A DNA stretch of 59,843 nt, counting the filler, from Basidioascus undulatus (Eukaryota), in assembly GCA_000826855.1 (NCBI GenBank). It is 7 parts of 7 records of this genome, joined end to end, with 100 filler letters (N's around TTAATTAATTAA, not from the genome) between each part and the next. Parts side by side here need not be neighbours in the genome. Positions count along the whole stretch, not along the records: positions 48,776 to 54,259 come from JTLS01001925.1; positions 54,360 to 59,843 come from JTLS01001926.1; 5 more parts are not named here. One strand, 5' to 3'. This document shows positions 49,998 to 59,843 of this stretch, piece by piece. The notes beneath the pieces were generated by a model. The model made no database searches. It saw only the letters and a program-made list of their open reading frames with translations, and was not told the origin of the DNA. The first letter of the stretch is position 1, and the number at the start of each line of letters is the position of its first letter. The position numbers were made by a program, and so were the translations under genes.

Positions 49998-50959
49998 GGA
50001 GCGGGCGTGGCATGAACGCACTTGGGCGACTCGTAGAGCTGGTGTGCGTGCGTCGCCGGGCTGGGCACGCCGGCTTGCGGGCTGACTGACTGACCCCTCG
50101 GTCTGCTGAACGGTGCCAGGATGGACTTGTTGCTTGCGCTGCTTTACTAACTCTTCAACTGACTAGAAATGATATGTGATGTATCTACTCTCCATCTCAG
50201 AAGGAAGCACCCGACTGCGTGTAGACACCGCAGTGCGCGGCGACTGCGGGTGCGGGCAGCGTTGGTGAGGCTGTCGCAACGCTGGGATCATGGAAGAGGG
50301 ATCTGCATTATGCACTTCAGCTTCAATTGGTCATGACCCTTATTCGACTTAGAAAAGCTGTCTGCTTGTCTTATCTGGGAAGTGCTACCGCAGATGCCAG
50401 GAGCCGGCGTGTTATGCTGCCTGCGCTGTCACAGACGGCTACTGGGTGTTTGGAAAGCTTTTTGATGCCGTCCAACGTGACATGGACCTGGAAGAGGGAA
50501 GTAGAGGGAGAGGGCATGGCTGAAAGAGGGGATACAGTACAGGCTGGTTGCGCGTCCCCTCTTTGTGAGGCTTGGACATCTGGCCCACTTCAGCTTTTCT
50601 GCCGCAGCCAGTGTCGCGGTTCTCTGGAAAGGGTTAAATTGAACGCTTTAGAGAAGTGTTTCTGAAGGACACACGCATGGAAGTGCGGTACTGGGCCTGG
50701 TACGTGTAGTGCTGGCGTCTGAACCGAGCGGATCAACAACAGCCCAAAATACAGTGAAATAACGCAACAAAAAGACCGGAGGACGGCTCGCCACACAGAA
50801 ACTCACAAAAGAAGAGCCCCAACAGAAGTCAGGCGCCACTCGCCATAAGCCTGAAAAGTGTTCCACGGTGGCGGCCCATCTGCGTAGTGAAGGGCCATTG
50901 TACCCCTTCCGAAGCATGTAATAAAATGGACCCACAAGTGGAACAAAGAAAATAATCGA

Positions 50960-51031
50960 TGAGGGACACCCGACTTGAACGGATAACCTTGCGATCTGGA
51001 GTCGCACGCGCTACCATTGCGCCAGCCCCCC
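50960..51031 (-). tRNA. tRNA-Trp (CCA), intronless
   Basis: GGGGGGCTGGCGCAATGGTAGCGCGTGCGACTCCAGATCGCAAGGTTATCCGTTCAAGTCGGGTGTCCCTCA folds as a 72-nt cloverleaf with anticodon loop CT-CCA-GA. Confidence 0.93.
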
Positions 51032-54000
51032 GTTGATAATCTGCTTGTTTTTATATTTTTCAGAAGCTTGGCATCAGTACCATGGCATACTCGACACCAA
51101 TCGTCCTGAAGTAACGAGAGCTAGGCACAGAAGATAGCCTTTCATCACGGTGGGACAAAGATACGGACTGTTCAGTGAATTAGGAGACAGGCTGTACGCA
51201 CAGCGGTATTGCCGGCCGTGGCTACCTGCGCAAAAGAACCTGTGACAAGGTCGTTTGCGCTGTTTTAAATAGATTCATAAAATCGAACGGTAAAGCTACT
51301 CTGAATGGCCGAGACACATATCGTTGTGAAGCTCTACCGCGCTTAGGAGCGCATGATCTTTTCGGATTTGTTTTCACAGCACCCGCCACAGCTGTTCTGC
51401 TTTCGGCTGACATCAGGGCTCTGTGAAGGTAAAATCCATTTCAATTGTGGTAATCCGATTGAATATGACCTTTGCTGTCGAGGCAAGTTGATCACGAGCG
51501 ATCAGTCAGCGCCAAAATCGTCCTCAAGACGCAGAAACAGATCCAAGTTCAGTTGCAACAGTATCACAGGTCAAAAGACAAACAAGCCCCAATAATACAA
51601 CCCTCACATTTTCTGGGCTCGATTAACCTTCCATGCACCAATTTGAGGTGTTCCGAGCAGCTTGTCGTGCGGCGATCGCACCAAATGGCACAGCGAACGA
51701 AACACCAAGGGCTTCAACTCTAGTTCCTATGAACGAACGTTTGAAAAGCAATTCCTTGTCGTAAAAGTAAAAGGTGCATCGTTGCGTTCATGGGCCTCAG
51801 TCTGCGGACAGCACCCCTGCTCGGAAGGCGACAGCGAGCGTTAAATTGTCATGCAACACCCCTGAATTACACGCCCTTCAATATGATCAAAATGAACCTC
51901 CTGCCCTCTCCCGAAGTTATTCCAACACACGTCCAAACTGGAAGTCTTCCACCAGCAATTCATAGTGCGGAGCACAGCAATATCTCCTCTCATCCCTGGC
52001 AAGCCTCCCTCAAGATGACCTTGACCCTCTTCACCCTGGAAAGCGACGCTCCCTGTGCCAAGATCTCAGCCTCGACCTCCTGCACGGCCTGAAAACAGAG
52101 ACGTGATGGGAAGTGAGCAACGATGTCTAGTAAGGGAACGTTCGAACAACGAAGCAAGCGACCTACTACGTCTGGAAGATCCTTCGCTTGCCAGTTATAG
52201 TCAGAAAGCTCTGCGGATACAAAACAGCATGGCGCACCTCGAGATCCTTCCCATGCTCGAGGATGGCGTGCATCTGCCACAAGAATCTCAGCATAAGCTC
52301 CTCGGCCTCCTTTGCCCCGTCCGACCGCTGCTGGCGCGCGACCTTGGCAGCGAGCTCCGCTTCTGCAACGATCTGCCTTCTGAGCGTGGATTGCGTCCGA
52401 CGAGATGGTGATAGTCCGCCGCTTGCTCCGAGGACTGATGGGATGAGCTTTTGACCTTCTTGGTCGACTGTACATGTCTGGGCCGGGGGGGCATCGCGGC
52501 GGACTTGGAAGGCGGCGGCGGAGTGGGTGCCGGACGGGACGGTTGTTAAGGAATGGCCAAGGAAAAGAAGTTGGGGTCTATGTGAGTAAATGGGTCTGCA
52601 CGGATGGGAGGTGAACGATGGTGGTAGGCAAGCCGAGAATCGCGGTGGGAAGGGCGGGCGGGACCTAGGGCGGGCTGACGGGAGACCACTCTCAGCGCCT
52701 GCTGAACACCCATCCCAGAGGGAATTGCCCGAGTTTTGCCAACAGACGCGCCCTTCCCCCTTTGACTCATCATATGGTTCAAAAACTGAACTAACAGGAC
52801 TTACTCATCCCTTGATCCCTTGCGTCATATCCCTGCAGTCTGCCCCACGCTCGTGCTGTGAACGAGCAAGCGCACCCACTCATGCCGGAAGTGCAGCCAC
52901 TGCTTGACCGTCAGCTTTCTTTCTGGACCAGTATCTTGCATAGCACGTGTCTTTGGGTGTAATATTCCTGAAGTGGAAAGAGACTGGCACTCCCCACCTG
53001 ATTGAAATAGGCGTGCTTGCATTTTGCTCGAGAAGGACGGTGAGCAGATCCGAGTAGGTGTGAAATAGAACTGTGTCTGATGTTGTCATCAAGGGCGTCT
53101 CCCGAAAGTGGGCTTTCTAGTAGCTTAATATACTGCAGTTGAATGTCAATGAAGGTCAGCTTTGGTGGGGTGACGCAATGCAGGACATTCCCGGGGTGTG
53201 CACAGTGCATGTCCGTTTCTGCTCTTTCTCTTCGGGTCCTGAGACCCACGGCTGTGGATGTTTTGCCTCTTATTAAAGCGGTCACAGTGCCAGTATCTTC
53301 AGTAAGGTTGGCTAGCTGGCTTAGAGCAAGTGCAGACCCATGATTGGCCCGCTGATTCAACCTTCATTTAGCCCGGATTGTTTGATATTATATGTTTAAA
53401 GGTAATCTCATCGAGTAACGATACTACATATATATCAAACATTACTCCAAATTCCACCTGCCCGGAACGCCAAGAGCGCGCAAACTGGCCTGCAGCAATT
53501 AGGTTCCAGCTTGCACCTGCTGAAATATCCAGCTGTATCTCATTACTTCTCCCATAAATTGGTACGTGAATGACGGCGTATATTATAATGCGTCACTCAA
53601 GCCCTGGATGCATGCAGTGATGTTCAGGGGGACAGTCGCGTTTCTACGTTCCTGCTGCAGGTGTGTGCACCTTCCAGCATTATTGACTCTCTCCCGGATA
53701 TAGCTGAGTTTCGTCCTGCGTGAGTTTTCTAAGGAATGCTTTGCACTAAATCCATGATCGCAAATGCTTCTAGCAGATAAAGGCTACTGTTTTTGTTGCC
53801 AACCCAGCAGACACGATTTGCAAACTCGCTTCCTCACTTTCACTTGCAGGACTCGCGTTTTGACATGTTACTGTGGATACTTAAATCACAGCCCATGTAT
53901 TGGTTAGAAAATTGCATGTAAAGTATATGTATGGGCGGGAGAGCACAGTGGGGTATTTCAAAAGCATGCCCAGTGCAGTCACAGTGACTTCTCACGTCCT

Positions 54001-54186
54001 ATAATTTTACTTGGAGGATTCGCTTTGAGACACACAGTGATATAAGACAAAATAAACATTCATTAATAATATGACATGCGAATTATGCATAGGGGCTGGT
54101 GAGCAGCTAAGAGTGCCTCAAAGAGCTTGGTCGTGGGGTAGTTCTAATACTCCATCTTGTATTGTATAAAAGCATTGATTTCCGCC

Positions 54187-54259
54187 GGCGCTTTGGCGGA
54201 GTGGTTAACGCGCTGCCCTGCTAAGGCAGTTCCCTCTGGGAGCGTGTGTTCGAATCACA
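54187..54259 (+). tRNA. tRNA-Ser (GCT), 3' end cut by gap
   Basis: 5' end GGCGCTTTGGCGGAGTGGTTAACGCG, anticodon arm CTGCC-CTGCTAA-GGCAG, long variable arm TTCCCTCTGGGAG, T arm GTGTGTTCGAATCACA. Confidence 0.92.
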
Positions 54260-54359
54260 NNNNNNNNNNNNNNNNNNNNNNNNNNNNNNNNNNNNNNNNN
54301 NNNTTAATTAATTAANNNNNNNNNNNNNNNNNNNNNNNNNNNNNNNNNNNNNNNNNNNN
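54260..54359. other. Artificial contig spacer
   Basis: 44N-TTAATTAATTAA-44N. Confidence 0.98.
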
Positions 54360-55332
54360 TCTCGGTGGAAAGGGAGGGGGTTGCGAATCTTCGTCGCCCG
54401 TATAACGAGGTGGCAGATGTAAATCTGCGAGACTGGATACATCCTATAGAATAAGATCCTATGGAGTACCGTCATGAGGAAAAGAGAAGGAGGTGGGTGC
54501 GAGAGAGCCTTATACCTCGCTGCGGCTTTAGGGCCGGTCGCTGAGTAGATGCGGGGTTGCCACTTGAGGAGCGCCAAATACCACTGACTTTTAGGGAACC
54601 AATGCTTTACACCATTGTGTTGGTGTATAGAAGGAGACCCCAGCTCCCTAGTCATGGACAATGGTACTCGAGCTGTGCGAAGTTCCTCCTGGCCGGCCGA
54701 CGACTGCCAGCATCTACTCCTCCTTGAGCGGCTCCGCCAAGAGTAGAGGCACCCTGAGCCAGATTCGACTGTGACCAGCTGCATATTACATCTTATGGAA
54801 AGGAAAAAAATTAATCGTTGAAGAGGGAGGGTTGGTATGTGGACAAAGGAAGGGACTCGAGTGAAAGCACTGCGACTTCGGTGGAAGTCTGTAGCCAAAG
54901 GGTTAGAGCTGCCCCTCTCCATGTGTTCGACACAAAATTCCAACTTTCTCAAGCTGTAAATTCCTCTCTTTCAATTCAAAGAATCACCATACGCAGCCTT
55001 ACCAGCGCTATGCAGCTTGCAACTCTGCCTGATCGGCATGACAGTGCAGGGCCAACGGTTAGGAGCCGAAGCAGCTCACTTTGAGGCAGGAAGTTTAGAC
55101 AAGGGCGTCCCTGAATAATACCAATTTTTAATGTCATTGCTTATACAAGTTCATCAGGAGTTCAGTGCTGTTGCAGTATCAATGTCGCATTGCATGTCAG
55201 TCTCCGCTCTGGTTAGTGTTGTACGCCGCGCGTCGCTTGATGACGCCGACCTCACCATCAACCTCACCTTCCACTCTATCACCACCTTTACCACACCCTT
55301 CGCCTACACTCTATCAGCTTCTCTATTCCAGC

Positions 55333-57225
55333 ATGTCCACCGCCGAAGGGCTCCAGGAGAAAAAGCAGGAGAAGGACTTTTCGCCGGAGGTGGACGCGTT
55401 GGAGAAGGAGGTCACACCGCTCGCCGAGGTACGCCTGCACCTAGTCTACGCGTTCCTAAAGGGGCTGACCGATTATCAACCCTCAGTCCGGCAAGCTTCA
55501 AGAAGCTCTTGACAAGATCTTTGTGCTCGAGAAGCAAACACGAAATGTGAGCTACAGTGCGATCGCGGACGATCAGAGCCAGGCTGACCGCGTCTTCTCG
55601 CTTCAGGCCGCCGACCTCGCCTCCACTACCCGCCTCCTCGTCCTCTCCGTCAAGCTCTCCGCCGATGCGCTGGACTGGGACACCCTCACTAACACCGTCC
55701 AGGTGCTCAGCAAGAAGCACGGGCAGCTCAAGTCCTCGATCGTCGACATGGTCCGCGAGGCGCTGAAGCTCGTCGACCACGAGAAGGAGGGGCGGACGCT
55801 GGAGGGCCAGAAGCGCGAGGATGTCATTGAGGTGCTGCGGGGTGTGACCGAGGGCAAGGTGGGCCGTACTCCAACATCTGGAGGTTTGAGGTTGGGCGTT
55901 CGCTGACGAGGGTGTGGCTCGCCCAGATCTTCCTGGAGGCCGAGCGCGCACGCCTCACGCTGCTGCTTGCGGGTCTGCTGCGCGCGCGCGGCGAGACGAA
56001 GAAGGCGCGGGATACGCTGCAGGAGCTGCAGGTCGAGACGTTCGGGTCGATGGATCGCCGCGAGAAGACCGAGTACATCCTCCAGCAGATGGCGCTCAAC
56101 GTCGAAATCGGCGACTGGATCCAGATGAAGATCGTCTCGAAGAAGATCAACACGAAGTTGTTCCAGGAGGAGGGCACCTCGGTGAGTTTGAGTTTCGATT
56201 CGCTTCGTGGGCGATTGGCTTGAGCGGGGAGATGCGGGGAGCGTTGGGGGGGCTGCACACTTGCTGAAAAAGATAGGGCTGATCGTGTCCGGTGGGTAAA
56301 CAGGATCTCAAGCTCCGATTCTACGAGCTCCAGGTCCAATACGCGGTCCACATGGACGAGTACCTGGAGGCGTGTCGGTTCTACCGCGAGATCTACGACA
56401 CCGAGAGCGTGAAGGCGGATGAAGACGGCCGGGGACGTGAGGTACGCCCGCTGCATTCCATCAGTATCCGACAATGTCTGATGCTGAACTTCCGTAATTA
56501 TTGTAGGTCCTCGAGCGCATCGTCTACTTCATCCTCCTCGCGCCCTTCGACCACGAACAGTCCGATCTCCTCCACCGCATCTTCGCCGACCCCGCCCTCA
56601 ACACCCCGAAACTGCAGCTCCACTAGTGCGCTTTCGTTTCCCTCTTTCTTGTTCCACCTCCGCGGCTGAAAGCTAAACCCCTATCTAGCAACCTCCTCAA
56701 ATGCTTCACCACCCCGGAGCTCATGCGATGGTCTGGCATCGAGATGCTCTACGGGCCGACGCTGCGGCAAACCCCCGTGTTCGGAGAGACGCAGGGCGGC
56801 GACGGGAAGGGTGCCAAGCGATGGGAGGACTTGCACAAGCGCGCTGTCGAGCACGCACGTCCTTGTCTCCCTATGCAGTCTTTCTGGCCTCCATCACCGA
56901 ACTCACGCGCCTATCCTCCCCGAACCAGAATATCCGCGTCATCTCCAAGTACTACACGCGCATCACGCTCGAGCGCCTGCGCTCGTTCCTTGACCTCTCC
57001 CCCGCGGACACGGAGGAGACGCTCTCGCGCCTCGTGACGAACGGGACGGTGTATGCGAAGATCGACCGGCCGGGCGGGACGGTCAACTTTGCGCGCAAGC
57101 GCCGGACAGAGGACACGCTCAACGACTGGAGCAGCGATACGGCCAAGCTCCTCGGGCTCGTGGAGAAGGTCACACACTTGATCGAGAAGGAGAAGGCCGT
57201 GGTGGAGGCGCTGGGGTCCAAGTGA
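55333..57225 (+). CDS. RPN5: 26S proteasome lid subunit Rpn5 (PSMD12), multi-exon
   Basis: Motifs KQEKDFSPEVD, LEKQTRNAADL, LSKKHGQLK, VTEGKIFLEAERARLT, ELQVETFGSMDRREKTEYIL, SKKIN, APFDHEQSDL, and PCI domain EHNIRVISKYYTRI...AKIDRP. Confidence 0.96.
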
Positions 57226-57649
57226 GCGGCGGGGACGCAAATGCACTGTCATAGCATTATATAACCTGTGCATGCACGCGTAATGAACGCTAGGATGGGC
57301 ACTGCCGCGCCTTGCAACGTTATATCTGAATACAACTTTGCTAATGAGTATCCTTGCGCTGGCTGCATCTTGCACGACGACCGCAACGGATGCGTTCACT
57401 GCCGAGAAAGACTTCGTACCAACCCAAGGTCGCCACTGCGGGCATGTTGTTGGTTCACACGATTTTTCTGGGTCAAATTTTTCTCCAGTTCGTGGACCTT
57501 TTGTTTGTAAACATGTGAAAGCTTGGTGCAGTTTCACGATGGCGGACCGTTCCCGCAGGTGAACGTTGTGCGGAACAGACGGCTGTCACGCCCAAAGATT
57601 CCTCCGTGAATAGTTCAACTCATCTCCCTAATCCCCATCATACGTGCTC

Positions 57650-58733
57650 ATGAGGTTTGTACACCTTCTGGCAACCGCCTTCGGCCTGTGCGCAGCTGCG
57701 ACTCTCATTCGCACGGCCGAACGCAACCCCTCGACGTGCATGGATCCACCGTCGGTCAAGGAGTTCTACGTCGGCGCGACGACGCATTGTACCATCATCG
57801 AGGCTGTGCACACCACCTGCTGGCCAGAGTGTGCGTTACTTGGCTCTACTTTCATCTATCCGCAGCTCACATGTCAAACGTGGTTGCGATAAACAGATAC
57901 GCCCAGATTCTTTGCGATGGACATGTTCTCAACTTACACGACCAATTGGAATGGTTGTACATGCTCATCCGTCACTTTCCCCCTCAGTAAGTACCCGGTT
58001 TGCCTAACCCTTAAGGTATCGCTGAAAACGCTTTCAATTGCCTGTGGCCGCTGCGTGCTGGCTGTGCCAACATTATCCCGGCACGCCGTACGAGACTGTG
58101 ACGAGAACGTGGCAGTCGTATAATTCGTACTGCAACCACGCGGCGAACAACAAAACGTGAGATTTTCTGTCCCAGGTTCCCTAGACTGGGGTGGTGAAGG
58201 CGTCGGGGTGAACGGTCGGTCTGGCGGAATGGACTCAATTTCGTCAACGCGACCATGGTCGACAAGATGCGGAACGAGTTGAAGACCCCGGGGTGGGCGT
58301 GGCTGGATCAGTGCCCGGGAAAATGGTATCTTTCCTTTGATTTCCTTTCGACGGGCAATACGCTCAACGAGACCTCACAGGGATCTCGACGCGGCCCGGG
58401 CGAACGCGACCGCTGCGCAGCGCTTTATTCATCCTCAGCTACACCAAGACCGTCCTCGATGGACACGCCCAGTGCCGACGCAGGACACGAAACTACAACA
58501 GGCGTAATTACCGGGGCGGCGTTAGGTGTCTGCTGGGGCTCGGGTTAATCGTGGCGTCGGTATGGTGGCTGCGACGACGTGTGGCGCGGCAGCGCAAGAC
58601 GGTATTCGAGCTGGAGCCGTTTGTTGGGCATGACGAGCGGGGCCGTCGTGCCGAATCCGGGATGGACAGTGAGCCTCGAATTTCACCTTTCTTCTTTCTC
58701 CGGAATCTCCATATATTCTTCTGTGCGCTGTGA
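57650..58733 (+). CDS. Possible Cys-rich single-pass membrane protein (orphan; model uncertain, may be a pseudogene)
   Basis: Signal-like MRFVHLLATAFGLCAAA, Cys-rich segments, and a later hydrophobic stretch (GVITGAALGVC..LIVASVWW) followed by LRRR. I could not join the exons cleanly. Confidence 0.3.
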
Positions 58734-59305
58734 GGTGTTGACGTCCCTCTACTCCCACAGCCTCCCGTGGCGCGTCTTCCTCGGCTTCGTGTGTGTACAC
58801 CGCTCAATTGACGCCCTACATCTGCAACTCTCGCAGTGATGATCCACCCTCGCCCACTGCTCTGCAAGGTGGTGGGAGTAAAAGAGCGTCTAGGCTGGAT
58901 GAGGAACGTGCTGGTCAGAGCGGCGGAAGGGCGCCGCTTAGGCAGGAGACGGGCAGCGGGATGGTTCTCAGTCGGGTTCGCCTCGGGTGGAAGAACCGAC
59001 GCTTCTTCCTGTATACACTGAGCTGAGATATGAAAACGTTTTCTGAATTGCGACTGCTGCATACCTTATTGCTGGCGGAAAAGCATCGCTGCAATTCGCA
59101 GCAATAGCCGAGAGAAGGTGGAAGTGCGTTCGTAGGGCTGTCTGCTTATGTGCACTCTAGAGGAGCAATGGGTGAAAACACGAATGTTTCCTCGTCGGTG
59201 TCGCTATTGTGCGGCTTCATGCGGGAGCTGGGAACTGGCGTGAAAATACGCTGCAGACTAACTGCGAGAGCGGTCAACAAACGGACCGAGACTGCGAGCC
59301 GAGCG

Positions 59306-59662
59306 TCAATCACCTGAAAAGAGACCGAGAACCAAACCAAACCAAGTTGTGGTGCTTGGCAGCGGCAATAGCAAGGTCATCGTCGCTCCTCCCCAAACGC
59401 AACCCCAACAGCGCGGAGTCGGTGCGTGCGGTCGCAGTCCGAAGTCCGCTTGGTATGGGTGAAGAGCAGAGAAGGTGATCGTGGCGCAGATCCGGTGGAA
59501 TACATCTCGGTTCAGTACGGGGTTGGAAGGGGCGTGAACGAATAAGAGGCGGAAACGAGGGCCTTGAGGAGGCGAGGGGTCGACCGGGGACGAATTGGAA
59601 GAGTGCCGAGAAGTTGATTGATCGACTAAGCGGAGAACCAGCGCTTGGAAAAGTGAGCGCAA
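59306..59662 (-). CDS. Possible F-box-like hypothetical gene fragment
   Basis: PVLNRDVFHRICATI resembles the N-terminus of the 48277 gene (PPLNLDIMDSII). Weak evidence. Confidence 0.25.
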   Translation of the reverse strand: MRSLFQALVLRLVDQSTSRHSSNSSPVDPSPPQGPRFRLLFVHAPSNPVLNRDVFHRICATITFSALHPYQADFGLRPHAPTPRCWGCVWGGATMTLLLPLPSTTTWFGLVLGLFSGD

Positions 59663-59843
59663 GGAGGTACGACAGTCGGCCAGTGGAAGGCTCGAGGCGA
59701 TACGCAGTTCGGTGCCGGGACCCCTCTGCAGGCCGTTGGTAGGTTGAGATGCGAGTTCCGGAGGGTCTGCAGTAGACGCGATTCGAGCCGTACTGATACA
59801 TATCCCCCCTCCCCCCCTCTCTCGCGCCCCATAAAGTGGTACA

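Noticed and set aside
51100..54150. Fragmentary ORFs between the two tRNA genes (also about 10700-12600, 39200-40100 and 47240-48140)
   Set aside because: No recognisable domain or consistent gene model could be supported by eye. These are probably decayed sequence.
31596..57225. Proteasome gene cluster (RPT6 plus RPN5)
   Set aside because: The genes are on different contigs separated by artificial spacers, so proximity is uninformative.

Overview
This is fungal (eukaryotic) DNA, most likely from a GC-rich basidiomycete of the Pucciniomycotina/red-yeast type. That is inferred from many short introns with GTGCG/GTACG/GTTCG donors and GCTGAC-type branch sites. The window is seven contigs joined by six artificial 100-nt spacers (44N-TTAATTAATTAA-44N), so adjacency across spacers carries no information. 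Recognisable genes are: the tandem-SH3 end of an intersectin/Cin1-like gene followed by a RhoGEF(DH)-PH region, NTH1 glycosylase, a nitrilase, a GPI-anchored GH17 glucanase, FKBP12, a plasma-membrane H+-ATPase, an arrestin-like gene, HIS5, the last exon of RPT6, INO80, a flavin monooxygenase, the complex I 17.8 kDa subunit, a SurE-like phosphatase, RPN5, tRNA-Trp(CCA) and tRNA-Ser(GCT). The most interesting signals are: (i) an SH3/RhoGEF junction with a stop inside the splice donor and a second in-frame TGA right after the acceptor, a candidate short/long isoform switch; (ii) a contig with a subtelomeric look, holding a LINE ORF1 relic in the intron of a dead sugar transporter, an FMO, and a terminal TTAGG/TTGGG array; (iii) two GC-AG introns and several microexons at functional motifs; (iv) a perfect 28-bp palindrome; (v) several decaying F-box/LRR-like paralogues. 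I found no well-supported wholly new multi-gene system. Exon boundaries were read by eye and no database search was run.
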